A stretch of DNA of 64,000 nt, taken from positions 1-64,000 of the forward strand of contig CAWDRG010000001.1 of assembly GCA_963804645.1 (NCBI GenBank), written 5' to 3'. Under the pieces are notes generated by a model. That model was not told the origin of the DNA and searched no databases. It worked only from the letters and a program-made list of their open reading frames with translations. The stretch comes from an uncultured Bacillota bacterium. GTDB taxonomy: Bacteria; Sysuimicrobiota; Sysuimicrobiia; Sysuimicrobiales; Segetimicrobiaceae. This document shows positions 40,310 through 48,442 of this stretch, piece by piece; within the stretch, counting starts at the first letter, position 1, and each line of letters opens with the position of its first letter. A program made the translations under genes and the position numbers.

Positions 40310-41185
40310 TCAGCGATCCGTCAGAAATCCGTGCCACATCGTGGACGAGTCTTCGAACTCCCCGATCATCCGACCGGCACTGGTCACCCCGCACCCGAGC
40401 GTCCCGATGGAGGCCGGCATCGAGAACGTGGTCACGACCCCGAGCCGCGTGCGGGAGAACGCGTGCCATTCGCTGCCGGTATCCAAGTACGCGCCGACGA
40501 TGTCCCCGCGGTTGTTGATGGCCGCGGCGTCGGTATGCGGCTGGCGGTCCACGTCGATCGTCGTCAGCCGGCCGGAGCGCGTCCGCACGTAGCCGTGGTC
40601 GACGTAGTTGGTGTCCACGAAGCTGCCCACGATGTCGCCGCCGTCGTTCATGCCCGCGGCGGTGGTGATCAACGCGCGGGGCACGTCCAGCGTCGTCACC
40701 GCCCCGTCCGGGGTCCGCGCGAACCCGTGGGTCTTGCCCGCCGCGTCCACGAAGTAGCCGACGATCTCGCCGGCCTTGTTGATGCCGAACGCGCGCGTGT
40801 CTGTGGCGCCCGCCACATCGATCGTCACGAAGGTCCCGTCGGGATTGCGCAGATAGCCGTGGGTGTGCTTGGCAGCGTCGACGAAGTGGCCGACGATCAC
40901 CCCGGCCGGGTTAACGCCGTGCGCGTACGTCGCGGCCGCCTCGGGCGCGTCAAACGTGGTCACCGTCCCGCCGACGCCCATCCGGGAAAATCCGTGCCAG
41001 CGGTTGTCCGGCGCCTGATAGTACCCTACGATCTCGCCGGCGTCGTTGATCCCGAACGCGTAGGTCCCGACCGCACCCGGCACGTCGATCAGGGAGGCGC
41101 CCGCGTACTGCGCGAGGCCCGCATGTGCGGCGCCCAGCACGAGCCCGGCGCTCACCACCAAGAGCCACAAGACGGTCGGGCGCAT
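40310..41185 (-). CDS. Secreted repeat protein (HAF-like repeats, probable beta-propeller)
   Basis: Signal peptide plus six ~44-aa repeats with the core GINxxGxIVG.. Confidence 0.8.
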   Translation of the reverse strand: MRPTVLWLLVVSAGLVLGAAHAGLAQYAGASLIDVPGAVGTYAFGINDAGEIVGYYQAPDNRWHGFSRMGVGGTVTTFDAPEAAATYAHGVNPAGVIVGHFVDAAKHTHGYLRNPDGTFVTIDVAGATDTRAFGINKAGEIVGYFVDAAGKTHGFARTPDGAVTTLDVPRALITTAAGMNDGGDIVGSFVDTNYVDHGYVRTRSGRLTTIDVDRQPHTDAAAINNRGDIVGAYLDTGSEWHAFSRTRLGVVTTFSMPASIGTLGCGVTSAGRMIGEFEDSSTMWHGFLTDR

Positions 41186-41491
41186 CCGGCACTCCGATCC
41201 GGAGCCGCGCCCGGCGCACAGCGTCGACGGCGCGCAGCCCCTCTCTCAGGATACGGGGTGCGTGGTGCCGATCCTGCCCGACCGACGGGCTCAACAGAGC
41301 CAGGATGCCGCGCACTGTCGTGCCGCCGATGCCCGGCACTGTAAGGGCTAACACGACACCGCGCGTCCGCGCGCTCACGCCGTAGGTTCTATCTAAAGAT
41401 AGATGATCGCCCCGCGCCGTATCGCTACACTGTCCCGCGACGGGACGGGCGCTCCACACTGCATGACGAGCACACTTCGACGAGGTGACCA

Positions 41492-42133
41492 ATGGCGAGC
41501 CCAGAGATTCGGGATCCGGTCGCGGACCCCTTGCTGACGCCGAAGAACGCGGCGCTGATCATCATCGACTACCAGCCAGTTCAGGTGAGTTCGATCCGCT
41601 CGATGGATCAGCACCTGCTTGTCGACAACATCGTCCGCGTGGCAAAGACCGCAACGCTGTACGGCCTGCCGATCGTGGTCTCGACCGTCAACGTCAGCAG
41701 CGGTCGGAACAAACCGACGATCGCGGAGCTGCAGAACGTGCTGGGCCCCGCCCAGCCGCTGGACCGCACCACCATCAATGCCTGGGAGGATCGGGAATTC
41801 GTCGCGGCGGTCAAGGCTGCGGGCCGCAAGAAGCTCGTCATGACGGCGCTGTGGACGGAAGCGTGTCTCACGTTCCCGTCTCTTGATGCGATGCGCGAAG
41901 GGTATGAGGTCTACCCGGTCGTCGATGCCGTCGGCGGGACGTCGGTCGAAGCACACCGGGCGGCGCTGGAACGCATCGTCCAGGCCGGCGCCAAGCCGAC
42001 GAGCTGGGTGCAGCTCATCTGCGAACTGCAGCGCGATTGGAACCGAACCGAGACGGCGAAGTCGTTCGCGGAGATTCTGTTCGACCCTCGCGCCCCGTTC
42101 ATGGCGGGACGCGGTGCGGAACACACGCAGTAG
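41492..42133 (+). CDS. Isochorismatase family cysteine hydrolase (YcaC-like)
   Basis: IIIDYQP, DRTTINAWED, LWTEAC, VVDAVGG. Confidence 0.9.
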   Translation: MASPEIRDPVADPLLTPKNAALIIIDYQPVQVSSIRSMDQHLLVDNIVRVAKTATLYGLPIVVSTVNVSSGRNKPTIAELQNVLGPAQPLDRTTINAWEDREFVAAVKAAGRKKLVMTALWTEACLTFPSLDAMREGYEVYPVVDAVGGTSVEAHRAALERIVQAGAKPTSWVQLICELQRDWNRTETAKSFAEILFDPRAPFMAGRGAEHTQ

Positions 42134-42518
42134 CACTGCCCTCGCCGGGGTGCGGCGCGGAGCCAACACGGCTGCGGATCATGAACGCCTCGGTCTACGA
42201 GACAGAGTACGCGCGGGCCGAGGCGCATCAGGCACCGGCGGTTCCCCAAGGATGATGGAGCTCGAAGCCCACACTCTTGGAGGTGTCGAGTTCCCCGTTA
42301 GAGGGTACGGTGTTTCGATCCTGCAGGACCCACGGGCTCATGCCACGATGGGGAACCCGGCGGGGGAGGGCCGCGAAGGACATCGATGCGCGCGTGACCG
42401 CCGATTCGGACGCGCACGAGCATGCGTGCGCGGGCACGCGGAGGCACAGCGGGCCACCGTTGGAAGGGAGATACCGTCTCGGGAGATCACGCCTCGCACC
42501 ATCGTGCAGCGCGGTGCT

Positions 42519-42592
42519 TGGCTGGGGGAGGAGGATTCGAACCCCCGCTAACGGGTCCAGAGCCCGTCGTCCTACCGCTAGACGATCCCCCA
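42519..42592 (-). tRNA. tRNA-Gln (anticodon CTG)
   Basis: TGGGGGA...CT-CTG-GA...GGTTCGAATCC...TCCCCCA-G-CCA, 74 nt. Confidence 0.96.
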
Positions 42593-42614
42593 GCGCGAAC
42601 GCAAGAACATCATC

Positions 42615-42644
42615 ATTATACTGACCCCCGGAGAAACGTGTCAA
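42615..42644 (-). promoter_or_regulatory. Consensus sigma70 promoter of tRNA-Gln
   Basis: TTGACA-N18-TATAAT with both hexamers matching consensus. Confidence 0.85.
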
Positions 42645-42699
42645 ACCAACCGGGCGCGCCCGGCGCGCCCCGACTGGGGGACCGGCGCGAAGACTTCTT

Positions 42700-44253
42700 T
42701 CACGCGCGGGTGTCTGGACGGTCGGGCCGAACGAGCGCGGAAGTCTCCGCGCCGTCGGCGTCGGGCGGGGGAAACGCATCGTGCCGTTCCAAGAGGCCGA
42801 TGGCGCGGTCAAGCCGAGCCAGCGTGCGGTCGCGGCCGAGCACCTCGATCAACTCAAACAATCCGGGCCCGACGGTCTTCCCCGTGAGCGCCACCCGCAA
42901 CGGGTGGATCACCGCGCCGCTCTTGATGCCCAACGCCTCCGCCGCGCCCCGCACCGCCGCCTCGATCGCGCCGAGGTCGAACGTTGGCGCGTCGGCAAGC
43001 GTCCGGCGCACCGTCCGAAGCGTCTCCCCGGCACCGGGAGCTTCGAGATACCGCTGCACCGCGGCCGGATCGTACCCGATCTCATCCCGGAAAAAGAAAT
43101 CCCCATACGCGAGCACGTCCCCCGGCACACGAAAGCGCTCGCCCATGATCGCGACCACCCGCCCCACATACGCCCGCTGCTCCCCGGTCACCGGCGCGTG
43201 CAGCACGTGCACGCGGCAGAGGTAGTCGACGACCAGGGACACGACCCGGTCGGGGTTCTGCCGGTACGTCTGCTGCATGTACACCCCGTTCATCCACATC
43301 AGCTTCTGCGTATCGAATACCGCCCCGCTCTTTCCCATCTGCTCGATGCGAAAGCGCTCGATCAGCTCGGGCACCGTGAACAGCTCGCGGCCGTCCTCAG
43401 GGTACCAGCCCATGAGAGCGAAAAAGTTGACGAGGGCCTCCGGCAGTATCCCCTGGGCGGCGTACTCACGCACCGCGGTATCGCCGTGCCGCTTGCTGAG
43501 CTTCTTCCGATCCGCGCCCAGCAGCACCGGGAGATGCGCCACGCGCGGCTGCGTCCAGCCGAACGCCTCGTACATGAGAAACTGGCGCGGCGTGTTGGAC
43601 AGATGCTCCGAGCCGCGCATCACGTGCGTCATCTCCATCGCGTGGTCGTCGACCACGTTGGCGAAGTTGTACAGCGGCGTACCGTCGGACCGCTCGATGA
43701 CGAAATCGTCCAGGTCGGCCGCCTGGAACTCGACGCGACCGAGCACCATGTCGTCGACGACGATCGGCGGGTGCGCCTGGGGCACCCGGAACCGCAGGCT
43801 CGACCGGCGCCCCTCGGCCTCAAACCGCGCGCGGGTCTCGGGGTCGAGATCGCGGCAGCGGCCGGAGTAGCGGTACGGCCGGCGCTCGGCCACCGCGCGC
43901 GCGCGCTCCGCCTCGAGTTCCTCGGGCGTGCAGTAGCACGTATACGCCGCCCCCGACGCGAGCAGGGCCGCCGCGCCCCGACGGTAGCCCTCGCTCCGCT
44001 CGGTCTGCCGGTACGGCCCGTAGGGACCGCCCACGTCCGGCCCCTCGTCCCAATCCAGCCCGAGCCAGCGGAGGTCCGCGAGAATGGCGGCTTCGTACTC
44101 TTCGGTCGAGCGCGTCCGGTCGGTGTCCTCGACGCGCAGCACGAACTGGCCCCGCTCGTGACGGGTGAACAGCCAGTTGAAGAACGCCATCCATGCCCCG
44201 CCGACGTGCAAATACCCCGTCGGGCTCGGCGCGTAGCGCATCCGCACGGTCAC
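42700..44253 (-). CDS. gltX: Glutamate--tRNA ligase
   Basis: RYAPSPTGYLHVGG, LRVEDTD, CYC Zn motif, KLSKRHG. Confidence 0.96.
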   Translation of the reverse strand: MTVRMRYAPSPTGYLHVGGAWMAFFNWLFTRHERGQFVLRVEDTDRTRSTEEYEAAILADLRWLGLDWDEGPDVGGPYGPYRQTERSEGYRRGAAALLASGAAYTCYCTPEELEAERARAVAERRPYRYSGRCRDLDPETRARFEAEGRRSSLRFRVPQAHPPIVVDDMVLGRVEFQAADLDDFVIERSDGTPLYNFANVVDDHAMEMTHVMRGSEHLSNTPRQFLMYEAFGWTQPRVAHLPVLLGADRKKLSKRHGDTAVREYAAQGILPEALVNFFALMGWYPEDGRELFTVPELIERFRIEQMGKSGAVFDTQKLMWMNGVYMQQTYRQNPDRVVSLVVDYLCRVHVLHAPVTGEQRAYVGRVVAIMGERFRVPGDVLAYGDFFFRDEIGYDPAAVQRYLEAPGAGETLRTVRRTLADAPTFDLGAIEAAVRGAAEALGIKSGAVIHPLRVALTGKTVGPGLFELIEVLGRDRTLARLDRAIGLLERHDAFPPPDADGAETSALVRPDRPDTRA

Positions 44254-44304
44254 GCGGCCAGCGTAACACAGCGCGGCGCGGGCGCGCAAACGGCGGCGCG
44301 CGAA

Positions 44305-45249
44305 CTAGAGAAGCGACAACCCGGCCGTGAACGTCGGGAAGGCGAGTTCGGGCAGCAGTTCCCGCGTCATGCGCGTGGTGTCGGACACGTAGGATGCCAT
44401 GCCGATCCGGATGAAGTCCCGCGTCAGCGGCGAGGCGGTGCCGAACACCGACGCATACGCCTCGCAGCACGACCCCGCCCAGTAGAACGACCACGCGGGC
44501 GCGCGCCACGGCTTCGGGTATCCCCAGTGCGCCGCGAGCGTGTCGAGGAACGCCTGCAGCGTCATCGGTTCGCGGTCGCCGAGGTTGTAGATCCCAGCGA
44601 CGCGTTCGCCTTCGATCGCGGCCTGGACGCACCGCAGAAAATCCGGGAGGGCGATCAGGTGGATCCAGGTGGGTCGCCGCCAGACCGCGAGCAGCCGGCG
44701 CCGCATCAACCACCGCGCCGCCTCGATCATCAGCACGCCTCGACCGTAGATCATGCCGGCGCGCAGGATCACCATTGCCGTCGGCCGCCCGGAGGCTGCG
44801 GAGGTCATGAGCTGCTCCGCAGCCAGGCGCGTCCGCGCGTGGACGGAGGTGGGATCTCCGCTCGGCCGCCCGGTTGCGGGCGCGGACGGCGACGTTTCAC
44901 CCTCCACGTGGGGAAAGCTGATCAGGATCATCTTGCGTACGCCCGCGGCCAGGGCGGCCGCGGTCAGGTGTCGGACGTATGCGACGTTCGTCGCGGGAAG
45001 AAACCGCTCGGGCCGGGGAGCGAACAGCCGACCCGCGAAGTGCACGATGCAGTCCACACCGGCGCACGCGGCTGGGAGCGTGGCGGGGTCGGCGAGGTCG
45101 GCCCAGACTATCTCCGCCCGACGCGATGCCGCAACCTCGGGCGGCGGCGTCCGGTGCACGAGGAGCCGCAGGTCGTGCGGGCCGTCCGAGAGGAAGTGTG
45201 CCAGGGCCGACCCGAGGTTGCCCGCCGCGCCGGTGATCAGCACCCGCAT
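44305..45249 (-). CDS. NAD-dependent epimerase/dehydratase family protein
   Basis: ITGAAGNLG Rossmann motif, ADLAD, IVHFAG; the YxxxK position reads HARTR. Confidence 0.82.
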   Translation of the reverse strand: MRVLITGAAGNLGSALAHFLSDGPHDLRLLVHRTPPPEVAASRRAEIVWADLADPATLPAACAGVDCIVHFAGRLFAPRPERFLPATNVAYVRHLTAAALAAGVRKMILISFPHVEGETSPSAPATGRPSGDPTSVHARTRLAAEQLMTSAASGRPTAMVILRAGMIYGRGVLMIEAARWLMRRRLLAVWRRPTWIHLIALPDFLRCVQAAIEGERVAGIYNLGDREPMTLQAFLDTLAAHWGYPKPWRAPAWSFYWAGSCCEAYASVFGTASPLTRDFIRIGMASYVSDTTRMTRELLPELAFPTFTAGLSLL

Positions 45250-45279
45250 CAGTGCACGAGCCCGCGCAGGCGGGAGCTG

Positions 45280-46215
45280 TCAGCCGAACAGTGTGCTGAC
45301 CGACTCGTTGAGGTGCACGTTGCGCATCGCGCGCGCAAACAGCGGCCCGGACGACAGCACCGTGACCTGATCGCGGCACTTCTCCGGGGGAATCGGGATG
45401 CTGTTCGTCAGCAGGATCTCGCGGACGTCGTCCCGGCACAAAGCGTCGACCGTCCCCTCCACGAGCACGCCGTGGGTCGCGCACACGAACGCCTCCGGGC
45501 GCGCCCCCTGCTCCCGGATGGCATCGAGCGCCGAACACATCCGGTCCGGTGTGTCCACGATGCGATCGATCAGCACCGGTACCCGGCCGGCGACCTCGCC
45601 GACGACCTGCGTCAGCATGCCGCCGCCGTACGGCTGTGCCCGCTTGAATACGACCGCGAGCGGCAGATGCAGACGCTCCGCGAGCTGGTACGCCGGCTTG
45701 ACCGCGCCGTCGTCGGGCGCCACGATCACGGCGTCGCTGAGATCCTTGCCCGAAAGGTACTCCGCGAACAGCGAGAGGGCCCGCAGATGGTCCACCGGGA
45801 TCTGGAAGAATCCCTCGATCTGGTCGGCGTCGAGGTCCAGCGCCAGCACCCGGTGCACGCCCGCGGCCTGCAGCAGGTCGGCCACGAGCCGCCCGGTGAT
45901 CGGCGCGCGCGGCGAGTGCTTCTTGTCCTGACGCGCATATCCGTAGTACGGCATCACGGCGGTGATGCGTCCCGCGGACGCCCGGGTGAGCGCGTCCACC
46001 ATCACCAGGAGCTCCATCAGGTTTTCGTTGACCGGAGGGCACGTCGGCTGGATGATGAACGCGTCGACCCCGCGCACGCTCTCCTCGAAGCGGGCGTAGA
46101 TCTCGCCGTCCTCGAAGCGCCGGATCGTCACCCGTCCCAAAGGAAACCCCAGCTCCGCGGCCACTTCCTCGCCGAGCGCCCGGTTCGCGGTGCCGCAGAA
46201 GACCTTCATCTCCAT
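45280..46215 (-). CDS. prs: Ribose-phosphate pyrophosphokinase-like protein with degenerate active-site motifs
   Basis: FEDGEI, ESVRG.D.F, NENLMELL, PYYGYARQDKK, ATHGVL, ESVSTLF; key motifs altered (see findings). Confidence 0.85.
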   Translation of the reverse strand: MEMKVFCGTANRALGEEVAAELGFPLGRVTIRRFEDGEIYARFEESVRGVDAFIIQPTCPPVNENLMELLVMVDALTRASAGRITAVMPYYGYARQDKKHSPRAPITGRLVADLLQAAGVHRVLALDLDADQIEGFFQIPVDHLRALSLFAEYLSGKDLSDAVIVAPDDGAVKPAYQLAERLHLPLAVVFKRAQPYGGGMLTQVVGEVAGRVPVLIDRIVDTPDRMCSALDAIREQGARPEAFVCATHGVLVEGTVDALCRDDVREILLTNSIPIPPEKCRDQVTVLSSGPLFARAMRNVHLNESVSTLFG

Positions 46216-46267
46216 CTCGGCCACGAACTGGTCGAGGTGCCGGCTGTCTCCGTGGCGCGGACTCAGC

Positions 46268-46531
46268 CTAGCGGGCCTGGACCAGGAAGCGGATGGCAGT
46301 CCGCTCTTCTCCGTCAATCTCCACCTTCGTGAATGCTGGAATGGCAATCAGGTCGATGCCGTTCGGCGCGACGAATCCACGACAGATCGCGATCGCCTTC
46401 ACGGCCTGGTTCACCGCGCCGGCACCGATCGCCTGGAGCTCCGCGCTCCCATGGTCCCTGAGGACGGCAGCGAGCGCACCCGCGACGGCCTTGGGCTTCG
46501 AGTCGGAGGAAACTTTCAGGACCTCCGCCAT
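46268..46531 (-). CDS. spoVS: SpoVS family protein
   Basis: VLKVSS.S.P.AVAGALA, QAIGAGAVNQAVKAIAI.RGF, IDGEERTAI. Confidence 0.95.
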   Translation of the reverse strand: MAEVLKVSSDSKPKAVAGALAAVLRDHGSAELQAIGAGAVNQAVKAIAICRGFVAPNGIDLIAIPAFTKVEIDGEERTAIRFLVQAR

Positions 46532-46619
46532 GCGAATGTGGCTCCTTCGTCCGCTGCCCGGGCGACCGCTCGGGCGCCTATTCCATGGGTTCCAGAGGAA
46601 CTCCTGCCCCTGGAGACCC

Positions 46620-47372
46620 TTACCGAGACGGACGCAGCCGCGCGATCGTCCGCAAGCGCTCGCCGTAGACGATCGCCATGAAATGAGGGATCGCGAGCTG
46701 CCGCCCAAACCGCCTGGGCTCCCGCGTGAGCCGGTAGCACCATTCGAGGCCCAACGTCTGCCACAGGCGGGGCGCGCGCCGGGCGCGGCCGGTCCAGACG
46801 TCCATCGCCCCGCCGATCCCCATCGCCACCGGGACGCCCAGGGCCGCCAGGTTCCGGGCGAGCCACCGCTCCTGCCGGGGCGCGCCGAGCCCAACGAGGA
46901 GGAGCGTGGGGGCCGCGTCGCGCACGGCGCGGACCACCTCGGCGTCGGAACCCCGGGCGAAATAGCCGTGGGAGACCCCGGCGATCACCAGGCCGGCATG
47001 GCGCTCGCGCAGGCGCTCCGCGGCGCCCGCCGCGACGCCCGGCCGTCCCCCGAGCAGGTACAGGCGCCAGCCGCGGCGGACCGCCTCCGCGCACAGCCGC
47101 TCCGCGAGGTCGATGCCGGGGACGCGGCCGGGCAGCGGCCGCCCGAGCGTCCGCGACCCCCAGACGACGCCCACCCCGTCCGCGACCACGAGCGACGCGT
47201 TCTGTAGAATCTCCCGCACCTCGGGCGTCCCTCGCGCCAGCATCACCATCTCGACGTTCGCGGTGACGATCAGGTGGGGATCGCGTCCCACGGCGAACGC
47301 CGCGATCCGCTCGACGGCCCCGTCGAGCCCGACCGGGTCGAACTCCACGCCGAGGATGTCGATCCGGCTCAC
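46620..47372 (-). CDS. WecB/TagA/CpsF family glycosyltransferase
   Basis: VTANVE, VADGVGV, RVPGIDL, HGYF, GLGAPRQE, GLEW.YRL. Confidence 0.93.
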   Translation of the reverse strand: MSRIDILGVEFDPVGLDGAVERIAAFAVGRDPHLIVTANVEMVMLARGTPEVREILQNASLVVADGVGVVWGSRTLGRPLPGRVPGIDLAERLCAEAVRRGWRLYLLGGRPGVAAGAAERLRERHAGLVIAGVSHGYFARGSDAEVVRAVRDAAPTLLLVGLGAPRQERWLARNLAALGVPVAMGIGGAMDVWTGRARRAPRLWQTLGLEWCYRLTREPRRFGRQLAIPHFMAIVYGERLRTIARLRPSR

Positions 47373-48442
47373 GGCAGCAGCTCCACCGCGAGCGACGCGG
47401 CGAGCGCCGCGCGCGCGCGGAGCGGCGACACCGCCGCGAGGAGGCGCGCCCGCGCCGCGCCTCCGGCCGCCGCCGTCTCGATCGCGGCCAGCAGCGCCGG
47501 GGCCTGCACGGACTCGATCTCCCCGGGCGCCGGTTCGCCGAGTTCACTCGCGAGCGCGCGGACCTTCGGATCGTACGCCAGCGGCACGATCGGCACGCCC
47601 TGCGCGGCCGCGAACACCAGCGCGTGGAGCCGCATGCCCACCATCACATCGACGGAGCCGATCAGCGCAAGGATCTCCCGGGGCCCAAACCCGGGCCGCA
47701 CGACGACGGCGCCGCCCCCGATCTCCGCGGCGACCGCCTCCGCGACGGCGAGATCCCCAGGCGGGTGCATCGGAAAGAGCGCCCACCGCACGCCGAGGCG
47801 GGCCGACGCGTCGCGCGCGGCCGCGGCCGCGGCCCGCACCGCGGTGCCCGATCCCCAGGGGCGCAGCGCCAGGCCGCACCATCGCCCCTCGCCCCACCGC
47901 GCCCGCTCCGCCGTGGCCGCCGGAGTCCACTCCGGCGTGAGGAGCCACGACGGGTCGGCGGCGACGACGATCCGCGGACGCCGGACGCCGAGGTCGGCGA
48001 GGACCGCCCGCGACTTGTGGTCCCGCACCGTGATGAGGTCCACCCGGTCGAGGACGCGCGCGATGCCGGCCCGCACGATGCGCCGCTTCGGCGTCTCGAT
48101 GCCCTGCGCGTGGACGGCCGTCCGGCGGGCGAAGCGCCGCCCGGCGCTCAAGACGGCGAGATAATACCAGGGACTGCGCCAGCTCGTGGCATCTTGAAAC
48201 AGGCTCCCGCCGCCGCACAGCAGCAGGTCCGCGCCGCGCAGCGCGGCGGCGACCGCGCCGGGCGCGGCGCGAGGTACGCTCTCGACGCCGTGGACGCGGC
48301 GCGTGTCCTCGGGCGACGCGGACAAGACGGTGATCCCGGCGTCGGGCCGCAGACGGCGCAGTTCCTGCACCGTCGCCGCCAGCACCGCTTCGTCTCCGAG
48401 GTTGTGAAACCCGTAGTAGCCGGACAGGACGATCCGGCTCAT
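47369..48442 (-). CDS. csaB: Polysaccharide pyruvyl transferase CsaB
   Basis: SGYYGFHNLGDEA, GGGSLFQDATS.RS..YY, VRD, MRLHAL, YDPKV. Confidence 0.93.
   Translation of the reverse strand: MSRIVLSGYYGFHNLGDEAVLAATVQELRRLRPDAGITVLSASPEDTRRVHGVESVPRAAPGAVAAALRGADLLLCGGGSLFQDATSWRSPWYYLAVLSAGRRFARRTAVHAQGIETPKRRIVRAGIARVLDRVDLITVRDHKSRAVLADLGVRRPRIVVAADPSWLLTPEWTPAATAERARWGEGRWCGLALRPWGSGTAVRAAAAAARDASARLGVRWALFPMHPPGDLAVAEAVAAEIGGGAVVVRPGFGPREILALIGSVDVMVGMRLHALVFAAAQGVPIVPLAYDPKVRALASELGEPAPGEIESVQAPALLAAIETAAAGGAARARLLAAVSPLRARAALAASLAVELLP

Noticed and set aside
42134..42518. att site or integrase remnant at the tRNA-Gln 3' end
   Set aside because: No duplicate of the tRNA 3' end and no integrase-like coding sequence found; short ORFs here are unconvincing
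46268..46531. spoVS as evidence of sporulation
   Set aside because: SpoVS homologues occur in many non-sporulating phyla, and no other sporulation genes are present in the window
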